From positions 32,001 through 96,000 of the IMG/VR virus record IMGVR_UViG_3300042539_000280: a stretch of DNA of 64,000 nt, one strand, 5' to 3'. This DNA is from a virus. The position numbers and the translations under genes are program-made. The notes beneath the pieces were generated by a model. That model was not told the origin of the DNA. It worked only from the letters and a program-made list of their open reading frames with translations, and made no database searches. Positions 9,091 through 18,590 of the stretch are shown piece after piece (position 1 is the first letter of the stretch; each line of letters begins with the position of its first letter).

Positions 9091-9584
9091 TAGGTTGCCT
9101 TATGAACGTTGAATGCCGCTGGATCTCTTGTCTGACCCTGATCATAATCACGGCCATCTTTCTTTATTTCAATGAAAGCGGTCCATGTATCGGTTGCACC
9201 GGCGGTCGATGTGAATACAATATCGCCTGTGCAATTTGCTGGATCAGGAATCTCGATTGTACCTGGTGTTGAACCTGCATCAAAGTTATAATCGAATGGC
9301 CCGTTACCAAATGTAACAATAGAAGTATTAGTATTACCGCCCCACTGTAGAGTAACTGCCTTAGCAGCGGTCATCTGTCCTTGACCCCAAATACGCTTGA
9401 TAGCAACTCTATTGAGGCGCTTTGGATTTGATGTGCTTACTTGGCCAGTAGCATTGATAGCATATGCTAGGTTTGCTGCTACGATCATTGAAGCATTAGC
9501 ATCGCTGCCACCAACACCAACAACCTTGATAACGGAAATTCTATTGGTATCAACCAATGTTTGTGTAGTTAGAACTGTTGCCAT
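9090..9584 (-). CDS. Hypothetical virion (head-cluster) protein
   Basis: 164-aa beta-rich ORF in the head operon. Confidence 0.65.
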   Translation of the reverse strand: MATVLTTQTLVDTNRISVIKVVGVGGSDANASMIVAANLAYAINATGQVSTSNPKRLNRVAIKRIWGQGQMTAAKAVTLQWGGNTNTSIVTFGNGPFDYNFDAGSTPGTIEIPDPANCTGDIVFTSTAGATDTWTAFIEIKKDGRDYDQGQTRDPAAFNVHKAT

Positions 9585-9588
9585 TTAG

Positions 9589-10383
9589 TTATGCCTTTAT
9601 TGAAAAGTTTAGTAGTTTCTTGAAGGATTCAAGGTCCTCGTTTAGCATACTTTCAACAATCTTTTTGTTCTTAGTATTGACCGAATCATAAACTTCAAGG
9701 ATTCTTTTTGCCATAGATGTATTTAGTGTAACTTGTCTTCCGTTGATAGAAAGGTCAGTTGACTCAATACCTTCGCTAACCATCTTGCGAATATCTGCAA
9801 TCTTATTTTCTTTTAGAGAGGCCTGCTTTAGTCTTGCTTGATATACAGGATCACTTTTTGGTGCCTTTTCCCAGGTGCTATAATGCTTGGATTCACCTTT
9901 TTCTGCTGGTGTCTTAGAACCTGGTTCTGATAGATTTACACCAGATTTCTTTTCTTTCTTATCTTCATCATCGTCTTTTTCTTTACCTTTGAAAAGACCT
10001 TTCATGCCACCTTTCAGAGCACCACCAATACCGCCTTTAGCATAACCACTAATAGCACCACCAATGGCATCTGCAATACCTTCTTCAAGGGATTCAAGAG
10101 AGTCATATACTTTCGACTCACTCAGATTTAGATTACCATCAGGTCCAAATGGGATTGATAGATACTTGTTTAGCAACTTAGAATAGTAAAGTGCCACAAC
10201 CTGTTTGTTAGGATAAAGTCTATATGATATTCTTCTAAAGATAAGTAGTGAAGGCATTTCTTTAGAAGAAGGTATGGTTTTTACGATACCTTTTTCCTCA
10301 AGCATCATTTCATCAGGAAGATGATCTACCTGATTTACAAAATTACCATCATATTCTTCACGAATCTGCTTGAGAGTTTTCAT
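9589..10383 (-). CDS. Putative prohead core / internal protein
   Basis: MKTLKQIREE start, several (L/I)xE sites, RR...R.YP....VALYYS module. Confidence 0.6.
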   Translation of the reverse strand: MKTLKQIREEYDGNFVNQVDHLPDEMMLEEKGIVKTIPSSKEMPSLLIFRRISYRLYPNKQVVALYYSKLLNKYLSIPFGPDGNLNLSESKVYDSLESLEEGIADAIGGAISGYAKGGIGGALKGGMKGLFKGKEKDDDEDKKEKKSGVNLSEPGSKTPAEKGESKHYSTWEKAPKSDPVYQARLKQASLKENKIADIRKMVSEGIESTDLSINGRQVTLNTSMAKRILEVYDSVNTKNKKIVESMLNEDLESFKKLLNFSIKA

Positions 10384-10385
10384 TA

Positions 10386-12230
10386 TTAGTCCTTTACAAA
10401 GTAGTTAGCAGCAATTTCTTTCTTACGCTCTTCCAACTTTTCGATAGCCTTTTCCTGTAGAGCAACCATTAGGTTCTCTTTCATAGCACCGAGATTATCT
10501 TCCATAATATTCTCGATTGCTTCGTTGATTAGTTTGTTTTCCATTTTAGTTTCCTCGTAAACTGTTTTGGTTGTGCCCATAGCACCAGGCTCTTTGATAG
10601 TATCTGGTTTATTTATGTTAGCATCTTCCCTGAATGGAACATTTTCGTTCCAGTCTTTATCCTGAGAAACTGCTTCGGATGTTAATTTCTTGATAGCAGT
10701 TCGGATACCGTGTTCTCTCTTGGACCAAGTCTTGATATCTGGTTTTGGACCTTCGAGAGACTTCTTACGGGATGCAGCGGCCTTCTTGGTGTATGAACCA
10801 AGAGTTTCTGCCTTTAGTTCATTGATCTGTGTTTCTTCTTCACAATTCCAACGGCGTAGTGCCTTATTGATGCGTGAATCCGGATCTCTTGCTGTCTTAG
10901 CAGAGGTCAAACGCTTCTTCATTCCACCCATGCGTGAACAGAATGATTTACGGCGTGATGCTCTTTTACCAGTAGGATTCTTTTCGGTTACGGCAGTTTG
11001 TAGTTTGGAACCTGGATTCTCACGCTTATAGGCATCAACTGCCTTCTGTGATAGACCATCGGTCTTATCTTTACGATTTACGGACTGCCAATCTTCTTTG
11101 ACAGGCTTGACCTTATTTACGTTAGTACCACCTTGCTTTGAACCTTTATAGGTATCGTCCTTTTCATCGTTCTTTGTGGTGGTTGGTTTTGGTTTGCTAC
11201 CATAAAACTTTGCTCTACGATTTACGTCACCAAAACGGTCGAATGGATGACCGATTAAAGCATAACCTTCTTGTTGATAGATACCACGTTCTGCGGTGTC
11301 AGGATACTTGTTTTCTTCATAGGTTGGACGCTCGGTATAACGAGTAGCAGATGAACCTTGTTCTGAAACTGGTACGCAATTAGGGACTTTCTTTCCACCC
11401 TTCTTCTTCATACCAACCATTTCGTATCCCTTCCAGCAGGGATCTTTATCTTCTTTCATATGTCTTTTTCCTTTGACAAGATCGTATGCTTTCTTTGCAT
11501 AATGAACGCCCGTAGCACCCCAACCTGCGGCGCCCGGTAATGTAGATGCCATTCTAACAACGTCACCCTTTGGTGAACCGTGACCGGATGATGCTTTACT
11601 CATAACATCACCCATGGTATAAATGTTAGCGGCAGTCATTCCTGCCATAGCAATTCTTTTGGCTTTCTTTAGTTTTTCACCTTCAACTTGAACGTCTTTT
11701 CTCATAGCACGAAGATCATTTGTTCCTTCGTATCCAGTCATACCGCCTAATTCATTTAGTTTACTGTATTGTGAAAGACCAATACCTTGTTCATGCAAAG
11801 CACGATTAGATGTTGTTTCGATTTCTTTTGGATTGAAAAAATTATATCCTAATCCAGAATTGTGAAGATCAAGATGTGCCTTTTTGATCCATGCAAACTT
11901 ATTACCGTTCTCGTCCTCATAGGACATAGAGTTTGTATCAATGTATTGTTGAACAAAGTTTGTACCAGCAGGATCACCAGAATAATATCCTAGACCTCTT
12001 ACACCATATGATGTTGATTCTTCCTCAATCTTGGATAGTTTCTTATAATAGTCCAACTTTTCACCAAGATGATCCAAAGCAATCTCTCTGGCAATCTTAG
12101 GATTATTAGTATGTTCTTTTTCTACTTTTATGCCATGCATCAACTGTTTTCTAACCTCAACGGAAGAAACACCATATTTCTTGGCCAAATCATTTACAGT
12201 TGGTGTTGGATTGTTTAGCAGTTTACTCAT
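10386..12230 (-). CDS. Multi-module internal head protein (DUF5661-like, CWKGY motif, DUF6321-like, C-terminal gp67-like)
   Basis: GIKVEKEHT...IALDHL; DPCWKGYEMVGMKKKGGKKVPNCVP; RRKSFCSRMGG...SRINKALRRWNC; ends MENKLINEAIENI...LEERKKEIA. Confidence 0.7.
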   Translation of the reverse strand: MSKLLNNPTPTVNDLAKKYGVSSVEVRKQLMHGIKVEKEHTNNPKIAREIALDHLGEKLDYYKKLSKIEEESTSYGVRGLGYYSGDPAGTNFVQQYIDTNSMSYEDENGNKFAWIKKAHLDLHNSGLGYNFFNPKEIETTSNRALHEQGIGLSQYSKLNELGGMTGYEGTNDLRAMRKDVQVEGEKLKKAKRIAMAGMTAANIYTMGDVMSKASSGHGSPKGDVVRMASTLPGAAGWGATGVHYAKKAYDLVKGKRHMKEDKDPCWKGYEMVGMKKKGGKKVPNCVPVSEQGSSATRYTERPTYEENKYPDTAERGIYQQEGYALIGHPFDRFGDVNRRAKFYGSKPKPTTTKNDEKDDTYKGSKQGGTNVNKVKPVKEDWQSVNRKDKTDGLSQKAVDAYKRENPGSKLQTAVTEKNPTGKRASRRKSFCSRMGGMKKRLTSAKTARDPDSRINKALRRWNCEEETQINELKAETLGSYTKKAAASRKKSLEGPKPDIKTWSKREHGIRTAIKKLTSEAVSQDKDWNENVPFREDANINKPDTIKEPGAMGTTKTVYEETKMENKLINEAIENIMEDNLGAMKENLMVALQEKAIEKLEERKKEIAANYFVKD

Positions 12231-14088
12231 TTGTATTTACTAACTTTCCTCTGTCAGCAATGTGAGTTACTTTACCTTCATTATTCATGTATCTGTTATT
12301 GCCTGCATAAACCAATCCAAGGTCTTTTGCTTCTTCGGAAATAGTTTTCTTCTTAGCAGGCACCTGTTTCTTTTGTTTCATTTTTTCAAGTTCAATCTTT
12401 TTATCCATCATAGTGGATTCATGATCACGATTAGCAAGTTCTGCCTTACCAGGTCCTTCATCAGGTCCTGTAATCTTATCAACTTCTTTTTGAACTTGTG
12501 CCTGTGCAATTTGCTGTTGAGCACCAAAGGCAATCTGGTTCTGCATATCCTGTTGCTGTTGAACCGCTTGTGCTTCGGCATCAGCCTGCATTTGAATTTG
12601 CTGTTGCTGTGCAACGATAGCAGTTTCTTGTTCCATTTCGGCATTGATTTCTTCAATATCCTCGTCGGATTGCATTAGAATATTTTTACGAACCCATAGT
12701 TGTGAATAATACTTACCAACGAAAGGATCAACCTTTGTTAGTGTGTCGAGACGCATATTGAGGAGTTCTGCCTCTTTTAGTTCATCAAAGTTATTGTCTT
12801 TTTTGAAGTCGTACCAAATATCTTCCTTGAACTCTTTCCATTCTTCTTCGGTACAAACCTTCTTAGAAACCAACTGGACTCTTAGTAAGTCATCGAATAG
12901 AATAGAGAACTTATTGCGGAGTCTCTGAATAAACTTGGTAAATTTTAGTTCGTCTCTGGTAATTTCAGTAGAACGACCTAGAGAGAAACCTTGTGATGGT
13001 TCCATACGACCAATTGGAACATTTAGCGAACGATATAGTTTAGACTGGAAATACTTGACATCTTCCAATTCACCAAGGTTACGAGCACCTTCTAGTGTAG
13101 AGATTTCTGTACCTTTTGAACCTTCACGGCGTGGTAACCAAAAGTCCTCAAGCATTGATAGATGCTTACGGTCGTCCTTGATTTCACCAGTATTGGAATC
13201 GTATACCAACTTGTTACGATACTTGACCATGATATCACGGACATACTGTTCCGCTTTGACTGTGGGCATGTTACCAACGTCAATATAGAATACACGGCGT
13301 TCTGGTGCTCTTGATAGACGATAGATAACGGTAGCATCTTCAACCATTCTTAGATTGTTGAATGGCTTGATGGCCTTGTGGAGATAAGAAAGAACCATGG
13401 TCTGTTTAGGATCCATAAGTCCTGAGTTTACGTTTACGATGGAGTCTGGTGCAATCTTGGCACCTAAATTGGTACCTGAACCAATCATACCCTTTTCGTT
13501 ATAAAGATAGTATTCAATCTGTCTGCGGATTAGTTCGATGCCGGTTTGCGGATCACGCATTTTTTGAATTTCACGGATCTTTCTAATGCGACGTGGATCT
13601 ATATACTTTAGTTCTTGAATGCCTGCATCAGGCATAGTTTCGTCTATAACAATATGATAGAACATTCTTCCATCAACGTAGTAACGGCGGAAGATATCAT
13701 GTCCCATATTGTTGAAATTCAGTAATTTTAGAATGAAATTGAACTCGTCCTCAATACGCTTTTTGATAGCAGGAGGAACTTTTAGTTCATCCATGTTGAG
13801 TTCTACGCATTGACCACCATCTTCGACAACGATTGCTTCGTTTACGATTTCGTCAATTGCGGTTTCTACTTCTGGTTGGATTGAAAGTTCACGGTATTTG
13901 GTGATAAGTTGAGTTTCGTTACGGAAGGTGCCATCGAGGTCTACATATGTGCCATAATAACCGGCGCCAGCAACCGTTACTGCACCATCATCATTCTGAG
14001 GCAGTGTAAATGTTTTATTCTTTGGTTCGATTAGTTGCTGATCTTCAACCTTTTTAGGTGAACCGATTTCAAATCCGAAAAGTTTTAT
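12223..14088 (-). CDS. gp20: Portal protein; true start about 98 codons upstream of the ORF-track start, at a non-canonical codon
   Basis: IYRLSRAPERRVFYIDVGNMP..KAEQY, EDFWLPRREG. The frame stays open upstream to (ATA)KLFGFEI...YYGTYVDLDG...ITKYRELSIQPEVETAIDEIVNEAI. Confidence 0.95.
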   Translation of the reverse strand: MKLFGFEIGSPKKVEDQQLIEPKNKTFTLPQNDDGAVTVAGAGYYGTYVDLDGTFRNETQLITKYRELSIQPEVETAIDEIVNEAIVVEDGGQCVELNMDELKVPPAIKKRIEDEFNFILKLLNFNNMGHDIFRRYYVDGRMFYHIVIDETMPDAGIQELKYIDPRRIRKIREIQKMRDPQTGIELIRRQIEYYLYNEKGMIGSGTNLGAKIAPDSIVNVNSGLMDPKQTMVLSYLHKAIKPFNNLRMVEDATVIYRLSRAPERRVFYIDVGNMPTVKAEQYVRDIMVKYRNKLVYDSNTGEIKDDRKHLSMLEDFWLPRREGSKGTEISTLEGARNLGELEDVKYFQSKLYRSLNVPIGRMEPSQGFSLGRSTEITRDELKFTKFIQRLRNKFSILFDDLLRVQLVSKKVCTEEEWKEFKEDIWYDFKKDNNFDELKEAELLNMRLDTLTKVDPFVGKYYSQLWVRKNILMQSDEDIEEINAEMEQETAIVAQQQQIQMQADAEAQAVQQQQDMQNQIAFGAQQQIAQAQVQKEVDKITGPDEGPGKAELANRDHESTMMDKKIELEKMKQKKQVPAKKKTISEEAKDLGLVYAGNNRYMNNEGKVTHIADRGKLVNTNE

Positions 14089-14117
14089 GGCCGTTACTCC
14101 CTATTCATGATGTAGTT

Positions 14118-14156
14118 CCCGTGGAGAGAAATCTCCACGGGGTTTATTATATTTAG
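14118..14156 (-). promoter_or_regulatory. Late promoter CTAAATA (14150-14156) followed by a GC-rich stem-loop in the gp20 leader
   Basis: CCCGTGGAGA-TTTC-TCTCCACGGG inverted repeat at 14118-14141. Confidence 0.7.
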
Positions 14157-14164
14157 GACACTAA

Positions 14165-14731
14165 TTAGATCGAAGCAACCGAATCGGTTGTTGGTAGTGG
14201 GAAGATTGATTCCCACCACTGATATGCTAGTGTAACACTAAATTCTTCAATCTGGTCACCTGAAGCCCAATCAAGATCAATTGCAGCAACGTCAGTTGGA
14301 AATGCACCAACAATGTGATACTGCTTGATCAATTCACCGGTCTTAGCAAACTGTGAAACCCAAGCATCTGCCTGATAAAGGTTAGCAGTTGCTAGTGCAG
14401 GGTTACGGAGGTTGCCAACGTGTGAGTTGAGTCCAGACATCCATAGTTCTAGGTTATTACGGATACGGAAGTTTTCATCGTTGATAACGGTGAAAGACCA
14501 ATCTGTAAATGTGCGGGTACCAGCAACCTTGATTTCACGTCCAAAATATGGAACTGAAATTGAAGATACGCTGTCACCTGGTAGCGATGTTGCTCTTGCC
14601 TTGAAACGAATTTCCTGGTCAAGAGCGGTGAAACCTGCTGCCGGAGGTAGGTTCATCACAACCTCAAATAGAGAGGCACGTGCCCCGTCTAGTTGTAGGC
14701 TTGCTCTGAAATTTTGAACATTAAATGCCAT
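14165..14731 (-). CDS. gp19: Tail tube protein
   Basis: GARASLFEV, V.YFGR.IK.AG.RTF.DW..TVINDE.F, IEEF.VT..YQWW. Confidence 0.97.
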   Translation of the reverse strand: MAFNVQNFRASLQLDGARASLFEVVMNLPPAAGFTALDQEIRFKARATSLPGDSVSSISVPYFGREIKVAGTRTFTDWSFTVINDENFRIRNNLELWMSGLNSHVGNLRNPALATANLYQADAWVSQFAKTGELIKQYHIVGAFPTDVAAIDLDWASGDQIEEFSVTLAYQWWESIFPLPTTDSVASI

Positions 14732-14759
14732 TTGTTATTTCTCCTTGTCTCTCTATTTA

Positions 14760-16445
14760 TTAGAATTTACCGACGATTTCGGAGAAAGCAACTCCGGTGC
14801 TGACCGCTACGAAGTTCAACTGGATGAAGTTGATTGAGCGGGCTGGCTTGATGTAGATATCACCAACGAAGCGGTTGCTGTCGATGACCTCTGGTGTATT
14901 GTTTGTTTCGTCACAAACTACCTTATAATCAAAAATACCACGACGGCCCTTGACATCACGGAGGAATGGTTCTACTAGAGCAACAAACTGTGAACGGGTA
15001 AATTCATCGTTGAACTCGAATAGAGAATACTTGGCGGCCTTGGAAATTGACTTTTCAAGGGTAATGAATAGGCGACGAACGTTGATACGATCAAATGCCG
15101 ATGGCTTGTTGGTCATTGTCTTATCGCCGTATAGAACTGTTCCTAGACCCTGCATTGTTACAACTGGGTTGATGGAGTTCTTGTATAGGTTATCACGATC
15201 TGTCTGGTTTGGTGACCATGCAAGTTGTGTAACATTCTTGACTAGACCACGATTTAGACCTGCTGGTGAGAACCATGGATCTCTTGCCATGTCTGTGTAT
15301 GCACATAGACCTGCAATGTCACCGTTTAGTGGAACCCAACGATATACCTTGTTATACTTGTCAAACTGCTTCTTCCAACCAGAATCCATAACGGCATAGT
15401 TAGATGGGTTATAGTTTTCTTTGGTTGCAATAATAGCAAGTGTTTCACCACCTTGATTGTTTACAACATCGTCCATTTGTGGAGATAGGAATGTAACAAG
15501 ATCTTTTCTTGATTCAGCAATATTATCGACAACATATTCCGCAACTGTTGAATCATGTGGACCAGTCATTAGTAGTGAAACATCAACTTTATCGATATTG
15601 TTGAATAGATCATAAGCCTGTGTTAGATCACCAGTGGTTGGTGTACCAACTGAACCACCAGATAGTCTTGATGTTACTGTATTGGCAGTATCAAATGTGG
15701 TTGTTAGTGATTCGGAACCCCAATTGGTAACGTCAGCAGGATGCTTTAGAATGTAAAGATACTGTGATCTATCTTCGATTACGTTTACATAGTAGTTAGA
15801 AGAACCATCATCGTTCTTAGCATCAGATGCCTTAGAAACGTATGAGAATTTTTCTAGGATTGTGTTTGGAACACCAGTAAACTTACCACCAGCGTCAACA
15901 ACGATAATGTGCATTTCGTCGTTAGCACCTTGACGATCTTCGGTCCACTTTGATGTGCCTGTTGGACCATTGAAGTTTGGTGAATATTCCCACTGAGCAA
16001 ACTTTGTGGTATTTGCGGAAGAGAACATTGAAACTTTGATGCTATTACCTAGTTCACCAGGATAACGTGCAGCAAATGGGCCAGTATTTGCGGATGCTGA
16101 TAGATCCTTATACTGTAGGTCATAAACGTCTTGGTTCTGAATGACGATATTATCGACACCACCAGTAGCGTTATTTGCCTTAGTTAGATCAGCAGCACGA
16201 ACCAACTGTAAGTTCTGTGCATATGAAAGAAAGTTTGCAGCGGTAAAGAATGATGTAAATGTGTTCTGGCTTGGCTTACCGAACCATCTAACAAGTTCTA
16301 CCTCGTTAGAAATGGTCATAACCTTGTTTACAGGACCCCAATCAAAGTCGCCGGCAAAACCTCCTGCTGTAGTGGATAGTGATGGTACGATTGTAGTCAG
16401 ATCAATTTCGGACCAAATCACTCCAGGGGAAAGTTGATATGCCAT
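14760..16445 (-). CDS. gp18: Tail sheath protein
   Basis: LSPGV...EID.T, PWFSPAG.NRG, FDRINVRRLF, IKPARSINFI.LNFVA. Confidence 0.98.
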   Translation of the reverse strand: MAYQLSPGVIWSEIDLTTIVPSLSTTAGGFAGDFDWGPVNKVMTISNEVELVRWFGKPSQNTFTSFFTAANFLSYAQNLQLVRAADLTKANNATGGVDNIVIQNQDVYDLQYKDLSASANTGPFAARYPGELGNSIKVSMFSSANTTKFAQWEYSPNFNGPTGTSKWTEDRQGANDEMHIIVVDAGGKFTGVPNTILEKFSYVSKASDAKNDDGSSNYYVNVIEDRSQYLYILKHPADVTNWGSESLTTTFDTANTVTSRLSGGSVGTPTTGDLTQAYDLFNNIDKVDVSLLMTGPHDSTVAEYVVDNIAESRKDLVTFLSPQMDDVVNNQGGETLAIIATKENYNPSNYAVMDSGWKKQFDKYNKVYRWVPLNGDIAGLCAYTDMARDPWFSPAGLNRGLVKNVTQLAWSPNQTDRDNLYKNSINPVVTMQGLGTVLYGDKTMTNKPSAFDRINVRRLFITLEKSISKAAKYSLFEFNDEFTRSQFVALVEPFLRDVKGRRGIFDYKVVCDETNNTPEVIDSNRFVGDIYIKPARSINFIQLNFVAVSTGVAFSEIVGKF

Positions 16446-16495
16446 CTTTTACTCCTTTTTATAGGTTGGAATGGTGTAGAATATCCATTTCTACT

Positions 16496-16502
16496 TATTT
16501 AG
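16496..16502 (-). promoter_or_regulatory. Late promoter CTAAATA for gp18
   Basis: Motif in the gp17-gp18 gap. Confidence 0.65.
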
Positions 16503-16522
16503 CGTTTTGATGTTTTCCAAAA

Positions 16523-18190
16523 CTATAGTCTTGGGTCCCAATTGTCGTGGATATACAGACCATCCTTATCACTTTTCAACCATAGGTCACCGTTGTCATC
16601 TTGTTCCACATAATCATCTAAACCGTTGTCAATAAAACCAAAAGGTACGTTCTCCACATCTTGAAGATAACCAAGTTCTTTCTGTAGAGCATATCTAATG
16701 TCGTTTGAAACTGTTTCTTTGAATAGTTTTTGTGCTGTCAACCAACCAAAATGAACCAATGTCATGGCCAAGTCGTCGTTGGTTCCTTCTTCTGCCTTGA
16801 ATGTCTTTTTATCCGCAGCAAAAGAAAATAGTTCTGTAATTGTATCTTCATCATTGAGAATAAGTTTATCACTCTCAACCAGGGTTTTGAGGTTAGCACA
16901 ACCGATCATCTTAGATTGTGCGGTAATCTTTAGACCGAATGCCAACTTATTCTTACCTGCCGCAAACCCACCTGAGGCCTGCATACCTTGTTTGCCTTTT
17001 ATCTGGAATTTCATAAGATTTTCGTAGTTCAATTCAAAATGCAGAATGTCGGCCACCTGTAAACCAATTGAATTGATTTCAATAAGGACAAATGCTTCGT
17101 TGTATCTAGTTGCTGCCGAGTATATTACGGCAGGTAATAGCATAGGACTAATTTCGTTGTTTCTATATTTAGCAACTTGTTTATACGGAATCTCTGTAAC
17201 GTCAAAGATAGAGAATGTCGAATAGTCTAATCCTTGACCCTCCGAAACATCGGCACACAAGACATATGTATGTTTTGGAATAGGATCTTCAAATACATCC
17301 ATACATTCGTTTCTATAGATAGGTTCTTTCCAATGCAATGATGCTAGTTTAGAACCGGAAATAAGAGTATTGGATGAACCTAAGAACTCACAACCAAACT
17401 CTTGGTCGAACTGTCTTTGAGAGGTGTTTCTGATAGTTTCTTCTGCCCACTTGGCATCACGACCAGGAACCATACTCCAGTGAATTTCGATAGGTACATA
17501 GGTACTGGTCTTTTCGACCGCTTTCGTCCATAATTTGTAAAAAAGATTCATGCCGTTTGGTGTCGAAACAATAACAACCTTTGAACTTTGACCAGATGAA
17601 ATAGTAGGATAGGTTGAGTTGAAAAACTCCTCCGCCATATTATTAGGTACGAAGGCAAACTCGTCCAGAAAAATCAAGTTGAACGAGAAACCACGGACAG
17701 AACTACCGCTCGTGGAGTCAGCCAGAACTCTCGATCCATTAGCTAACCAAATAGAACCTTTATTCCACTCTTTGATGCCTTGCTTGAGGAACATAGGTAG
17801 ATACTCGAACGCAAGTTTCAACTTACCTAAAAGTTCTCTTGCTGTTGGAGCACGGTTAGCAAGGATTGCCACAACAAACTGTTCATTGAACAAAACTTGG
17901 TGTAGAATATAGGCCACGGATGTTGTAGATTTTCCAACCTGTCGAGGTAGTTTACATATAGAAAAACGATTTTCGTGGAATGTATTCAACATTTTCTTTT
18001 GAAAGTCCCACATAGAGAATGGTATGAGACCTTTATCGACGTTGATGATTTTTATGTATTTTTCAGCAAAGTAAACAGGATCGGCAGCACATTTGATATA
18101 TTCATCCAACTCATGTTGAGTAAATGAATGTCTGTATTGCTCATTAGGGAGATTGGGGTTTGATTGATAACTAAACGGTAATCTGGCCAT
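16523..18190 (-). CDS. gp17: Terminase large subunit
   Basis: PRQVGKST Walker A, IFLDEFAF Walker B, VSTPNG.N.FY, DDLAM nuclease motif. Confidence 0.98.
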   Translation of the reverse strand: MARLPFSYQSNPNLPNEQYRHSFTQHELDEYIKCAADPVYFAEKYIKIINVDKGLIPFSMWDFQKKMLNTFHENRFSICKLPRQVGKSTTSVAYILHQVLFNEQFVVAILANRAPTARELLGKLKLAFEYLPMFLKQGIKEWNKGSIWLANGSRVLADSTSGSSVRGFSFNLIFLDEFAFVPNNMAEEFFNSTYPTISSGQSSKVVIVSTPNGMNLFYKLWTKAVEKTSTYVPIEIHWSMVPGRDAKWAEETIRNTSQRQFDQEFGCEFLGSSNTLISGSKLASLHWKEPIYRNECMDVFEDPIPKHTYVLCADVSEGQGLDYSTFSIFDVTEIPYKQVAKYRNNEISPMLLPAVIYSAATRYNEAFVLIEINSIGLQVADILHFELNYENLMKFQIKGKQGMQASGGFAAGKNKLAFGLKITAQSKMIGCANLKTLVESDKLILNDEDTITELFSFAADKKTFKAEEGTNDDLAMTLVHFGWLTAQKLFKETVSNDIRYALQKELGYLQDVENVPFGFIDNGLDDYVEQDDNGDLWLKSDKDGLYIHDNWDPRL

Positions 18191-18590
18191 ATTTTTCTGC
18201 TCTATATCCTTTATATGTCCATCCGTGTATTAGATTGGATTGACCATATTTCAAATCATTGTCTCTACAGAATTGAGAGAGGTTTACTATTATTTCTGTT
18301 TGACCATCAGGATAAGTTATAATCCATTTTGAACTTTTGTTCATGGCCTTTTTATATTTATGCTCGGCCGACTGTTTATGACCTTTTTTCTTAGGTTTTC
18401 TCAAAGCCTGCTTATGCTTTTCGGACTTTGGTTTACCTGTAAGGGATTTACGAATGGCATCTTTGGTTTCATCTGTATGTCTTATAGGTATGTAATCCAT
18501 AGGAATACAGTTACTATAATCATCGTAGTCAATAGGATGATCTGGTGGAAGAATATTGAGTGCTTCTGATAGAGGACAATAAATAGACAT
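18171..18590 (-). CDS. NUMOD3/NUMOD1-type DNA-binding protein resembling a homing endonuclease but lacking a catalytic domain
   Basis: HTDETKDAIRKSLTGKPKSEKHK and QSAEHK repeats; WIITYPDG..EII.NLSQFCR.N.L C-terminus. Likely start is the ATG at 18590 after an AGGAG RBS (ORF track starts at 18647). Confidence 0.65.
   Translation of the reverse strand: MSIYCPLSEALNILPPDHPIDYDDYSNCIPMDYIPIRHTDETKDAIRKSLTGKPKSEKHKQALRKPKKKGHKQSAEHKYKKAMNKSSKWIITYPDGQTEIIVNLSQFCRDNDLKYGQSNLIHGWTYKGYRAEKYGQITV

Noticed and set aside
14089-14103. Stop-codon reassignment (TAG readthrough) as an explanation for the gp20 start
   Set aside because: TAG ends several genes at their expected C-termini (e.g. gp3, gp17, gp4), and other core genes are intact in the standard code
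5131-17912. Many plus-strand ORFs of 60-150 aa opposite gp23, gp22, gp20, gp18 and gp17
   Set aside because: Antisense shadows of codon-biased essential genes; Ser-rich, no RBS, no recognisable motifs
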